Source: Squalus acanthias (taxonomy: Eukaryota). Taken from it: DNA of 64,000 nt. Where the stretch lies: positions 868,001 to 932,000 of the forward strand of contig JASTWF010000034.1 of the NCBI GenBank assembly GCA_030390025.1, read 5' to 3'. Each line of letters starts with the position of its first letter. Position 1 is the stretch's first letter. Made by a program: the position numbers and the translations under genes. Shown one piece after another: positions 1 through 10,800 of this stretch. Under the pieces are notes generated by a model. That model did no database searches, had not been told where the DNA came from, and saw nothing but the letters and a program-made list of their open reading frames with translations.

Positions 1-162
1 TGCCGCTTCTGGTAGCACTCTTGTATTAACATACAAACATAAAAACACAGTAGTTAGTACACCAAATGCAATAAGCCAAAGCACGAATGCAAACAGGTAA
101 GGTAATTGGACATTTACGGGTCGCTTGATCTGTAGGTAAAAGAAACACAAAGAAGCGCCCAT
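1..162 (-). CDS. Putative env-position ORF, N-terminal 54 aa only
   Basis: ATG overlaps the pol stop (TAATG, 164-160). Translates MGASLCFFYLQIKRPVNVQLPYLFAFVLWLIAFGVLTTVFLCLYVNTRVLPEAA, open to the window edge, with a ~23-aa hydrophobic segment. Confidence 0.6.
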   Translation of the reverse strand, partial: MGASLCFFYLQIKRPVNVQLPYLFAFVLWLIAFGVLTTVFLCLYVNTRVLPEAA

Positions 163-3100
163 TAGTTCATCTTTTCTCCATATATTTTTAATTGTGTCCA
201 ATGTTTCCAGACTCCCTTCCCCCTTATGTCCAGACAGGCACAGGTATCACCACTAATTATAATTTCGTAGGGTCCGCTCCATTTTGGGGCGAAGCCTGGC
301 TTGTCAGGCAGGACCTTCAGCATCACTTTGCTGCCCGCTGACGGCACGGAGGGTGTCATGACCCCCTCCTGTGCCTGATCCTGGAGTTCCTGATTGTCTC
401 GTACGGCTTGGCGCATCCCCTTCAGTTGGGTGCTAAGCTCTAAGACATAACGCCGTAGTCTGTCCTTTAAGGGGCCCACATCAGCCCCACCTGTTATGAT
501 GCCTTCTGGTAATTGCATCGCCCTTCCTGTCATTAGTTCATAAGGGGTCAGGCCTGTCGTACGATTCGTGGTGGCTCGTAACTTCATTAGGATAAGGGGT
601 AAAACCTCAACCCATGTTTTCCCAGATTCCTGTATTGCCTTTGCTAAAGCGTTTTTGAGTGTTCGATTCATTCTTTCAACCATTCCCGAGCTCTGGGGGT
701 GGTAAGGGATATGGAACTTCTGTTTGATCCCCATCAGCTGACAAATATTCTTTACTACACTCCCTGTAAAGTGCGTTCCTTGGTCAGAGTCGATTTGCAA
801 GGGCACTCCCCACCGCGGGATTACTTCCTCGGCCAGGATTCTGGCTACCGTTAAGGCCGTGCAATTCCGCGTTGGGAAAGCTTCTACCCACCTTGTGAAC
901 TGGTCAATTATCACAAGGCAGTATATTTTTCCGTGGGACTGGGGAAGTGGTCCCGTAAAATCAATTTGTATGTGCTCCCAAGGACCTCGGGGTCTTGGCT
1001 GGTGGCCCATTCTAATTTTAATAGGCCGGCCAGGATTATGCTGAGCACAAGTGATACATCGCTGACAGTGCCTCGCGATGTCTCTTCCCATCCCCTTCCA
1101 CCACCAATCCTTACTTAATAAGGAGCTCATTGCCTCTCTCCCTGTATGTGAAATACCGTGATGTATCTCTAGCAGAGTCTGTTGTATGCACTCCGGTGCT
1201 ACTACTTTACCTTCTTTTCGCCAGACTCGATCGGATCCTACTCCAGCTCCATTTCTTACCCATGTTTCCTTTTCCGTGTCTGATGCTTCGTCTTGGACTT
1301 CCCAGATCTTTATTTCGTTCTCCGGGCTGTCTACGCTGCCCACCAGTACTTCGTTTATCTCCTCCTGTTCTAGAGCTGCCTGTGCTGCCCAATCAGCCGC
1401 CTGGTTCCCCTGGTGGCTGTCCCAGTCTGGGCTTGTCTTGTCTGGTTCTTTCTGATGGGCCTTAATTTTGATAACTGCCACCTGTTTAGGTCTTTTGCTT
1501 GCTTCTAGCAAGGCCTCTATTCGTCCCTGATGTTTGATGGGGTTACCTCCTGTGGTTATATACCCTCTACGTCCCCATGCTGTCATGTAGTCATGCACTA
1601 CCCCGAAGGCATACCGGCTATCTGTGTATATATTGACTACCTGGTTCTTTGCTTCATTCAATGCTTGAGTCAACGCGACCAACTCTGCTACTTGGGCTGA
1701 TAAGCTACCGTCTAACCGTCCAGATTTAACTACTTCCATCTTACTATTAACTACTGCCCACCCGGTTCGGGGTTGTCCATTAATATATTTACGGGATCCA
1801 TCTACATAGAATGTTTCCTCCACTTCCTCTAGAGGGGTGTCTTTGATAATCTCTTCTCCAATGTCCTCGTCTATTTTTTTACAACTGTGTGGGGCTCCTG
1901 TTCCCAGGATCCCCTCAGCTGGGTTCTCCCCTATGTCTCTGACTATGATGATAGACTCGTTAGGGGGTAATAGAACTGCTTCCCACTTAGCTCTTCTCAT
2001 GTTTGAGACAGATCTTAATTTTCCAGTATTTAGCATTTCCACCAAGGTATGCTTGGTGTGCAAGACTATGTTCCCGGTCATTACTATAGGTTCGCTCACC
2101 TTTACTGCCCATGCTGCGCAGTCCAGTGCCGCTATACATCGCGAGAGTCCGGAGACTACCGGTCCTTCTGCGGTCGAGTAGTATGCCACTGGTCTGCGCT
2201 TATCGCCATGGTCCTGGGTTATCACAGCGGTGTAGAACCCGCCCTCATTGTCACAGTGAATATGGAAAGGTTTGTTCATATCTGGCAGCCCTAGTCCCGG
2301 GGCTGACAGTAACTCCTTCTTCAACTGTCCGTAAGCTTTTTCCTGTTCTGGGCCCCACTCTATGGACTCAAGGGCAGGCCTTCCTCCCTTTACTAACCTT
2401 TGGATAGGCTCAGCTATCTTAGCGAACCCGGGGACGAAGTTCCTGCTGTAGTTAAAAAGTCCTAAGACCTTCCTAACTCCCCTTATTGTCACTGGTCTGG
2501 GCATATCCCAGACTGCAGCCTTCCTATCCGTTGGCATCTCCTTTGTCCCTTGGGAAATGAGATGCCCTAGATACGTGACTTTGAACTTTCCAATCTGGGC
2601 CTTCCTAGGGCTAGCCTTCAGTCCTGCGTCCCTTAATGCTGTCAGTACTATCTTCAGGGCCTTATTATGACCTGGAACTTTGTCCGAGGCTATCAGGAGA
2701 TCGTCAACGTACTGGAGGACCGTGCTCCCTGGTGGGAGCTCTGCACCCTTTAAAATATTACTCATTACCCGATGGAAGATCGCGGGGCTATTATGGAATC
2801 CTTGTGGCAGGCGGGTCCAGGTGTACTGTCTGTCTCCTACTGTGAATGCAAATTTCTCCTGAGACTCTGGATCCAATGGGAGAGCCCAGAATCCGTTGGC
2901 TATGTCCAACACTGTGAATATCTTGTGTTCGGGAGCCAGTCCGTTCAAAATTGTGGACGGGCTGGCGACTATGGGGTGAAGCTTGGGCGTCACTTTATTC
3001 AAGGCCGTATAGTCAATTGTCAGCCTGTAACTCCCATCTGGCTTTTTAACTGGCCACGTAGGGGAATTGGTTGTGCTCGTGGTTTCCCGAAGGACACCTC

Positions 3101-3719
3101 TTTCTACCAATCCCTTTACTATGTCTTCTACAGCTTTCTTTGCTTCTGGTTTAATGGGATATTGTCGGTGGGGTTTGTGTTCGGGTCCTGGGACGACAAT
3201 GGGGTCAATCTGAACCATTCCTGTGTCTAACTTATCTTTTGCCCATACTCCTTGTACCGAGGCACACGTGTCCCCGTACCCATTGGTTTCCACTTGCCAG
3301 TCCCGGCTTACCGCTGTAGCCACTCCCACTTTGGTGGTATTATTGGTCAGACAGTGCATACTAGTTTTATGCCCGTCCAAGTTTGGCCAAGTTATTTTCT
3401 TCTTACCACAATCAATTAATACCTGGTATTCTTTCATTAAGTCATTTCCCATTATTGTTCCCTCATTATTCTTACACACGTAAAATCGCATAGGGATGAA
3501 AAAGTTATCTATTTCTACCAATTGGGTTGTGCTCAGAAAGGCAGGTGTTTTATCACCGCCAATCCCTGTGATGTAGACCTTTCTGTCCGTTATCGGGATG
3601 GGAAGGTTGGTCACGGATACTGAGGCACCGGTGTCCACTAGCATCTCACACGGTCGGCCCCCTACTAGTGCAGACACATACATCCTTCCTTTGTCTCTTT
3701 TTACGGGGGCCGCTGACTG
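162..3719 (-). CDS. pol: Retroviral Pol (protease, RT, tether/degenerate RNase H, RNase H, integrase); frame open from 3719, first ATG at 3683
   Basis: LVDTGA protease; LPQGFHNSP and YVDD in RT; FYVDGS..SAQVAEL..IYTDS..KIKAH RNase H; HHCC, IDFTGP/DSDQG/VERMN integrase core; KWSGPY module. Uninterrupted ORF. Confidence 0.96.
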   Translation of the reverse strand, partial: QSAAPVKRDKGRMYVSALVGGRPCEMLVDTGASVSVTNLPIPITDRKVYITGIGGDKTPAFLSTTQLVEIDNFFIPMRFYVCKNNEGTIMGNDLMKEYQVLIDCGKKKITWPNLDGHKTSMHCLTNNTTKVGVATAVSRDWQVETNGYGDTCASVQGVWAKDKLDTGMVQIDPIVVPGPEHKPHRQYPIKPEAKKAVEDIVKGLVERGVLRETTSTTNSPTWPVKKPDGSYRLTIDYTALNKVTPKLHPIVASPSTILNGLAPEHKIFTVLDIANGFWALPLDPESQEKFAFTVGDRQYTWTRLPQGFHNSPAIFHRVMSNILKGAELPPGSTVLQYVDDLLIASDKVPGHNKALKIVLTALRDAGLKASPRKAQIGKFKVTYLGHLISQGTKEMPTDRKAAVWDMPRPVTIRGVRKVLGLFNYSRNFVPGFAKIAEPIQRLVKGGRPALESIEWGPEQEKAYGQLKKELLSAPGLGLPDMNKPFHIHCDNEGGFYTAVITQDHGDKRRPVAYYSTAEGPVVSGLSRCIAALDCAAWAVKVSEPIVMTGNIVLHTKHTLVEMLNTGKLRSVSNMRRAKWEAVLLPPNESIIIVRDIGENPAEGILGTGAPHSCKKIDEDIGEEIIKDTPLEEVEETFYVDGSRKYINGQPRTGWAVVNSKMEVVKSGRLDGSLSAQVAELVALTQALNEAKNQVVNIYTDSRYAFGVVHDYMTAWGRRGYITTGGNPIKHQGRIEALLEASKRPKQVAVIKIKAHQKEPDKTSPDWDSHQGNQAADWAAQAALEQEEINEVLVGSVDSPENEIKIWEVQDEASDTEKETWVRNGAGVGSDRVWRKEGKVVAPECIQQTLLEIHHGISHTGREAMSSLLSKDWWWKGMGRDIARHCQRCITCAQHNPGRPIKIRMGHQPRPRGPWEHIQIDFTGPLPQSHGKIYCLVIIDQFTRWVEAFPTRNCTALTVARILAEEVIPRWGVPLQIDSDQGTHFTGSVVKNICQLMGIKQKFHIPYHPQSSGMVERMNRTLKNALAKAIQESGKTWVEVLPLILMKLRATTNRTTGLTPYELMTGRAMQLPEGIITGGADVGPLKDRLRRYVLELSTQLKGMRQAVRDNQELQDQAQEGVMTPSVPSAGSKVMLKVLPDKPGFAPKWSGPYEIIISGDTCACLDIRGKGVWKHWTQLKIYGEKMN

Positions 3720-3734
3720 TCACTGTGTCTCTTT

Positions 3735-5054
3735 CTACTGTTGATATTGTCTCTTTTCTTCGGGGGTCATGGTGACGTGGGTCGTCTCAGGTCTGCCATG
3801 TTTACTGAAACAAGTGGCCTCAGTATGGCCCTTCTTATTACAGTAAGTACATGTCTTCTTAGCCATACAATCTCTAATAAAATGTCCAGGCTTCCCGCAA
3901 CCATGACATGCCCCCTTGGGTCCCACTGCCTGTTTTACCGCACTTACACTTTCCTGTTTAACCTTGACCGTACCTTCCTCTTTGGCTTTTAACCCGTCTA
4001 CCCCACAAGCCCACTCTACTAGGTCGTCGTAATTCCTGGTTGTTACTACGCCCATCTTGATGATAGCCTGGTGTGCGGGAGACAAGCCATCTTTAAAGGC
4101 CTGAATGAAAGCGGGGTCAGTTCTTGCCGGCCCTGGTTGGCCTGATGACTCTCCATAAACAATAAACAGCCTTTCTCCATATTCGGAGGCCCCCTCGCCC
4201 TTTTGCTGCTTACAGGACGTTATCTTACTCCAATTAGTTGGGGCCTCTCCTAACACCCGCTGGATTTCTGTTTTAAACAGATTAAAGGGAGCCTGTTGTC
4301 GGTCTATTGTATCTGCCAATGGACATTGTTCAGTCCATCGACCGGTCTTATAATCCGTATTGGCCTGATTGGGGGTGGTCTGCGTGAGGCGCCATCGGTC
4401 GACCGGACATGCTGCCCGGACCAACTGATGAACGTCACGCAGGTGGAGGCTGTGTCCCAGCCAAACCATATCTAGGTTTGCCCAGAACTTGGTGTTGGCA
4501 CTTCGTGTTTGTAAGTTCCCCAGGTCTTTCAAAATCTGTTGTCTTTCTCCCGGGGTAAAAGGCTGAAAATCCGCCCTTGCCCCGGCGGCACCAGGCTGGC
4601 CCCTCATTCTAACGGGGGCCGCGAAATATTCTTCTGTTGTATCCCCAACTGTTTCTTCAGTTGGGGCTGTTGGTCCGGAAAGTCCGTACGGGGGGAGTGG
4701 ATCTGTGTTACACCCCGTCCACCTTCCGGGACACATTCTACTTTGTTCTTGATTTATTCCCTCTAGTATTTCTATCTTCTTTTTTAAATCTGCTATTTCT
4801 CTGTTTTTGGCCTTCTCAGTCTCTCGGACCTTATCTACTTGCTCGATTAGTCCCGCCAATTGGTGTACCAAAAGAACTCCCGTTTTCTTGGTTTTCTCCC
4901 TTTTTTGCTTACGTACCCACTCTCGTTGTGACTCTAATGACTGGCTAACATCCCAGCCATCTTTCTGCATTCTGTCTATCAGCGAACGTCTATCTGTCAT
5001 GTAACTATTAATAAGGGACCCCGGGGGCCCCATCTTAATGTCCTTACCTGACAT
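3735..5054 (-). CDS. gag: Retroviral Gag polyprotein (439 aa)
   Basis: Late-domain-like LPPY and PTAP motifs, MHR-like ITSCKQQKGEGASEYGERL, two zinc knuckles CHGCGKPGHFIRDC and CTYCNKKGHTEATC. Confidence 0.92.
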   Translation of the reverse strand: MSGKDIKMGPPGSLINSYMTDRRSLIDRMQKDGWDVSQSLESQREWVRKQKREKTKKTGVLLVHQLAGLIEQVDKVRETEKAKNREIADLKKKIEILEGINQEQSRMCPGRWTGCNTDPLPPYGLSGPTAPTEETVGDTTEEYFAAPVRMRGQPGAAGARADFQPFTPGERQQILKDLGNLQTRSANTKFWANLDMVWLGHSLHLRDVHQLVRAACPVDRWRLTQTTPNQANTDYKTGRWTEQCPLADTIDRQQAPFNLFKTEIQRVLGEAPTNWSKITSCKQQKGEGASEYGERLFIVYGESSGQPGPARTDPAFIQAFKDGLSPAHQAIIKMGVVTTRNYDDLVEWACGVDGLKAKEEGTVKVKQESVSAVKQAVGPKGACHGCGKPGHFIRDCMAKKTCTYCNKKGHTEATCFSKHGRPETTHVTMTPEEKRQYQQ

Positions 5055-5397
5055 CGCCCGTCCGCTCTCCGATCACACTCTCCAGTAAACACTCACCGCC
5101 TCTCTTCACTCTCCCGTCCTTCTGGACTCGTGAACTCGTTTACCGACGTGTCTAGTTGCCTGGAGTTCCGGATCTCGCAAGCACTGCCCGCAGACTTTAT
5201 CACAGGTTTTACTCTGTACCTTTAACCTACGGCCCAAAAATTTGACAGTGTAATGCAGAATACTCACAACGGTTCCCCCTCTGCCTTCCGAGAATACCCG
5301 GACCAAAAACCCCTATAAAGTGTACTCTCGCAAATCCCCTCAGATTCTTTCGGTTACTTGAGCCCGTTAACACTTGATCAGGGTGTCGGTACTCAGT

Positions 5398-5416
5398 AAC
5401 CCTGCTCGCAGCGCCA
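5398..5416 (-). promoter_or_regulatory. Primer-binding site, tRNA-Ser type
   Basis: Minus strand TGGCGCTGCGAGCAGGGTT. Plus strand AACCCTGCTCGCAGCGCCA resembles the 3' end of vertebrate tRNA-Ser(UGA/CGA) plus CCA (tRNA sequence recalled, not searched). Confidence 0.8.
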
Positions 5417-5418
5417 AT

Positions 5419-5928
5419 TGTTGTAGGGGCTAATCGGAGCCTTAAGCGGACTAACCGTGAAGGAGAGTCGACGCGCTACCCGACTTAGCCCGACTGAGCA
5501 ATAAAACTCAAACACCAATTTACACGGTTAAATGCGGGAGTACACTTTATTCAGAGCGCTCTGGGAGAGAATTGATGCACCCACGTGCAGTCACCGACCT
5601 CTCAAATAAGTCACTCTGGGGCACAGTATTTTATACATCCATCATTGATTACATCGTGCTCACATGAGCATGTGATAGTCATTAGAATCCAATCAATTTT
5701 ATGTATACAATTGTTAAGCATAGTAAATCAATTAACGTCAGGATACAGTTGATGTGATCAGCCTCGTCTATGTGACAGTGTTATCTCGAGCCCTGTATGT
5801 TGCAACGTTGTCTGACAAGGCAGACTGCCAATCCATTGCAGAAAAGTCCTGTGTCAGCGAATTTAAAGTTCATTAACTGGATGAGTTTTTCTTCTCCGAC
5901 ATTTCTTTAATAATTTTCTCCTCCAACA
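5419..5928 (-). repeat. ERV 5' LTR (510 bp)
   Basis: Minus strand starts TGTTGGAG (5928) and ends CTACAACA (5419), 2 nt before the PBS. TATAAAA at 5635-5629 and AATAAA at 5551-5546. CR1 sequence starts abruptly at 5929. Confidence 0.88.
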
Positions 5929-7848
5929 GTCTTAAATAATAGTTTCTAGCATCTTCCCTAAGACAGGTGTTAAGCTAACTGGCCTGTAGTTTCCTGCTTT
6001 CTGTCTCCCTCCCTTTTTGAATAAAGGAGTTACAATCGCTATTTTCTAATCTAATGGAACCTTCCCCGAATCTTGGGAATTTTGGAAAATTAAAACCAAC
6101 GCATCAACTATCTCACTAGCTACTTCTTTTAAGACCCTAGGATGAAGTCCATCAGGACCCGGGGACTTGTCAGCCCGCATCTCCAACAATTTCCTCAGTA
6201 CTACTTCCCTGGTGATTGTAATTTTCTTGACTTCCTCCCTCCCTTCCATTTCCTGATTTACAGCTGTTTCTGGGATGTTACTTGTATCATCTATAGTGAA
6301 GACCGATGCAAAATACCTGTTCAATTCAACTGCCATCTCCTTATTTTCCATTATTAATTCCCCAGACTCACTTTTTATAGGACCAACGCTCCCTTTGTTA
6401 AATATTTTCTTTTTAGAATATCTGTAGAAACTCTTACTATCTGTTTTTATATTTCTAGCTAGCTTTCTCTCGTAATCTAATTTTTCTCTCCTTATTAATC
6501 TTTTAGTAATTCTTTGCTGTTTGTTTATATTCTGTCCAATCTTCTGACCTGCCACCCATCTTTTCACCAATATATGCTTTTTCTTTAAGTTTGATAATAT
6601 CTTTAACTTTTTTAGTTAACCACGGATGGTGGGTCCTCCCCTTGGAATTTTTCTTTCTCTTCGGAATGGATCTATTCTGTGTATTCTGAAATATCCCATT
6701 AAATGTCTGCCACTGCAGCTCTATTGACCTATCGCTTACTCCAGTTTGCCAGTTCACTTTAGCTAGCTCTGCTATCATGCCCTCATAATTGCCCTTATTT
6801 AAGTTAAAAAAAACTAGTCTTGGACCAAATCTTCTCTCCCTCAAACTGAATGTAAAATTCAATCATATTATGATCGCTGCGACCTAGGGGCACCTTCACT
6901 ATGTGGTCATTAATTAATCTTATCTTGTTTCACAATACCAGGTCCACTATAGCCTGCTCTCTGGTTCGCTCCAGAACGTGCTGTTCTAAGAAACTGTCCC
7001 AAAAACATTCTATGAACTCCTCATCTGGGCTACCTTTGCCCATCTGATTTTTCCGTCTATATGTAGATTAAAATCCCCCATGATTATTGCCGTACCTTTC
7101 TGACAAGCTCCCATTATTTCTTCCTTGATACTCCATCCTAACGTGTGGTTACTGTTAGGGGGCCTGTACACCACTTTCACAAGTGACTTCTTGCCTTCAT
7201 CATTTCTCATCTCTACCCAAACCGCTTCTAAATCCTGGTTTCCTGAAATTAAGTCATCCCTCTATTGCGTTAATACCATTATTAATTTACAGAGCCACCT
7301 CTCCACTTTTTCCTGAATATCATGTACCCTTCAATATTCAGGTCCCAATGTTTGTCATCCTGCAGCCATGTCTCTGTAATGGCTATCAGATTGTACTTAT
7401 TTAATTCTATTTGCGCCATCAGTTCATCTGTTTTGTTTCGAATGCTACGTGCATTCAGATACAGAGTCTTTAGTTTTGTCCTTTTATTATTTTTGTAACC
7501 TTTAGCCTTATCTGTTGATTTACTCTTAGATTTGTACTCTCTGTCCCTTCCCGTCACGGTCTGTTTATCATTTCCCATATTAATACCTTTCTCGCTTGTC
7601 TTGTTTCTACACTTTGATTTACCACATCTTCCCAGATTTGATCCCTGGCCCCCAATATTTAGTTGAAAGCCCTCTCTACCGCCCGAGTTATATGACTCGC
7701 CAGAACACTGGTCCCAGCACGGTTCAGGTGAAGACCAACCCAACGGTACAGATCCCAGTTTCCCCAGTACTGGTGCTAGTGCCCCAGGAAGCAAAACCAC
7801 TTTCTCCCATACCAGTCTTTGAGCTACGCATTCATCTCTCTAATTTGA
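5929..7848 (-). mobile_element. CR1 LINE, decayed ORF2 5' half (APE endonuclease to start of RT), interrupted by the ERV
   Basis: YLNARSIRNK, IAITETW, VYRPPN, IMGDFN, KSPGPDGLHPRVLKE across frameshifted ORFs. Confidence 0.92.
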
Positions 7849-10800
7849 TGGAACAGGGTAGAGGGAGCTTTACTCTGTATCTAAACCGTGCTGTATCTGC
7901 CCTGGGAGTGTTTGATGGGTATTTGTAGAGGGAGCTTTACTCTGTACCCAACACGTGCTGTACCTGCCCTGGGATTGTTTGATGGGACAGTGTAGAGGGA
8001 GCTTTATTCTGTACCTAACCCGTGCTGTACCTGCCATGGGGCTGTTTGATGGGACAGTGTAGAGGGAGCTTTACTCTGTATCGAACCCGTGCTGTACCTG
8101 CCCTGGGAGTGTTTGAAGGCTCTTTGTAGAGGGAGCTTTACTCTGTATCCAATCCAGGTTGTATCTTCCTGGGAATATTTGAAGGGACAGTGTAGAGGAA
8201 CCTTTACTTTGCATCAATTCCTGTGCTGTACCTGTCCTGGGAGTGTTCGATAGGTCTTTGTAGAGGGAGTTTTACTCTGTACCTAACCCGTGCACTACCT
8301 GCCCTGCGAGTATTTAATGCTACAGTGATGAGGGAGCTTTACTCTTTCAAAACAGTGCTGTACCTGCCCTGGGAGTGTTTGATGGGACAGTGTAGAGGGA
8401 GCTTTACTCTGTATCTAACCCGTGCTGTACCTGCCATGGGAGTGTTTGATGGGTCAGTGTAGAGGGAGCTTTACTCTGTATCTAACCCGTGCTGTACCTG
8501 CCATGGGGCTGTATGATGGGACAGTGTAGAGGGAGCTTTACTCTGTATCTAACCCGTGCTGTACCTGCCCTGGGAGTGTTTGATGGTCATGATGCGGAGA
8601 TGCCGGTGTTGGACTGGGGTGGACAAAATTGAGAGGTCGCACAACACCAGGTTATAGTCCATCAGTTTTATTTGAAATCACAAGCTTTCGGAGCTTACTA
8701 CTCCTTCGTCGGGTGAAGTAAGCTCCGAAATTTCAAATAAAACTGTTGGACTATAACCTGGTGTTGTGCGACCTCTCAGTGTTTGATGGGACAGTGTAGA
8801 GGGAGCTTTACTCTGTATCTAACCTGTGCTGTACTTGCCCTGGGAATATTTGAAGGGTCTTTGTAGAGGAAGCTTTACTCTGTATCTGACCCGTGCTGTA
8901 CCTGCCCTGGGAGTGTTTGATGGGACAGTGTAGAGGGAGCTTCACTCTGTATCTAACCCGTGCTGTACCTGCCCTGGGAGTGTTTGAAGGCTCTTTGTAG
9001 AGGGAGCTTTACTCTGTATCTAACCCAGCCTGTATCTTCCTGGGAATATTTGAAGGGACAGTGTAGAGGAAGCTTTACTTTGCATCAATACCTGTGCTGT
9101 ACCTGCCCTGGGAGTGTTCGATAGGTCTTTGTAGAGGGGGTTTTACTCTGTACCTAACCCGTGCATTACCTGCCCTGCGAGTATTTAATGCTACAGTGAT
9201 GAGGGAGTTTTACTCTTTCAAAACAGTGCTGTACCTGCCCTGGGAGTGTTTGATGGGACGGTGTAGATGCAGCTTTACTCTGTATCTAACCCCGTGCTGT
9301 ACCTGCCCTTGGAGTGTTTGATGGGACAGTGTAGAGGGAGCTTTGCTCTGTATCTAACCCGTGCTGTAACTGCACTGGGAGTGTTTGATGGGGCAGTGCA
9401 GAGGGAGCTTTACTCTGTATCTAACCCCGTGCTGTACCTGCCATGGGCTGTTTGATGGGACAGTGTAGAGGGAGCTTTACTCTGTGTCTAACCGGTGCTG
9501 TACCTGCCCTGGCAGTTTTTGATAGGACAGTGTAAAGGGAGCTTTACTCTGTACCTAATCCATGCACTGCTTGCCCTGAGAGTGGTTGAGGGGACAGTGT
9601 AGAGGGAGCTTTATTCGGTATCTAACGCGGGCTGTACCTGCCTGAGAAAGTTTGATGCGACAGTGTAGAGGAAGCTTTACTCTGTATCTAACCCGTGCTG
9701 TACCTGCCCTGGTAGTGTTTGATGGGACAGTGTAGAGGGAGTTTTAATCCGTATCTAACCCTTGCTGTACCTGCCCTGCGAGTGTTTGATGGGGCAGTGT
9801 AGAGGGAGCTTTACTCTGCATTTAACCTGTGCTGTACCTGCCCTGCGAGTGTTTGATGCAACAGTGTAGAGGGAGCTTCATTCCATATCTGATCCATGCT
9901 GCACCTGCCCCGGGACTGTTTGTTGGGACAGTGTAGATGGAGCTCTACTCTGTATCTAACCATTGTTCCATCTGCCCTTGGTGTGTTTGATAGCACAATG
10001 TAAAGTGAGCTATACTCTGAATCTCACCCGTGCAGTACCTGGCCTGGGAGTGTTTGATTTGATAGTATACAGGGAGCAAATGTCAGTATCTAACCCCGTG
10101 CTGTACCTGCCCTGGGAATATTTGATGGGACAGTGTAGAGGAAGATTTACTCTGCATCCAACCCCGTTCTGTACCTGCCCTGGGAGTGTTTGATGGGACA
10201 GTGCAAAGGGAGTTTTACTCTGTATCTAACCCGTGCTGTACCTGTCCTGCGAGTGTTTGATGGGACAGTGTAGAGGGAGCTTTACTCTGTATCTAACCCC
10301 GTGCTGAACCTGCCATGGGGCTGTTTGATGGGACAGTTTAGAGGGATCTTTACTCTGTATCTAACCCATGCTGTACCTGCCCGGGGAGTGTTTGATGGGA
10401 CAGTGTAGAGGGAGCTTTACTCTGTATCTAACCTGTGCTGTACCTGCCCTGGGAGTGTTTGATAGGACAGTGTAGAGGGAGCTTTATTCGTTATCTAACG
10501 CGGGCTGCACCTGCCTGAGAAAGTTTGATGGGTCAGTGTAGAGGAAGCTTTACTCTGTATCTTACCTGAGCTGTAGCTGACCTGGGAGTGTTTGATGGGA
10601 AAGTGTAGAGGAAGCTTTACTCTGTACCTAACCCGTGCTGTACCTGCACTGCGAGTGTTCGATTGGGCAGTGTAGAGGGTGCTTTACTCTGCATCTAACC
10701 TGTGCTCTATCTGCCCTGGGGGTGTTTGATGGGACAGTGCAGAGGGAGCTTTACTCTGTATCTAACCCCGTGCATTACCTGCCCTGCGAGTGTTTGATGG

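Larger units (their letters stand above)
1..5928 (-). mobile_element. Endogenous retrovirus provirus (5' LTR, PBS, gag, pol, start of env-position ORF); 3' part lies outside the window
   Basis: LTR with TGTTG...CAACA termini, tRNA PBS, Gag with two CCHC knuckles, PR-RT-tether-RNaseH-IN pol, third ORF after pol. Confidence 0.93.

Noticed and set aside
859..5004. Plus-strand ORFs antisense to ERV gag/pol
   Set aside because: Short, mostly non-ATG starts, no motifs; shadows of the coding strand
5398..5416. tRNA gene
   Set aside because: Only ~19 nt of tRNA 3'-end similarity including CCA, next to an LTR; it is a PBS
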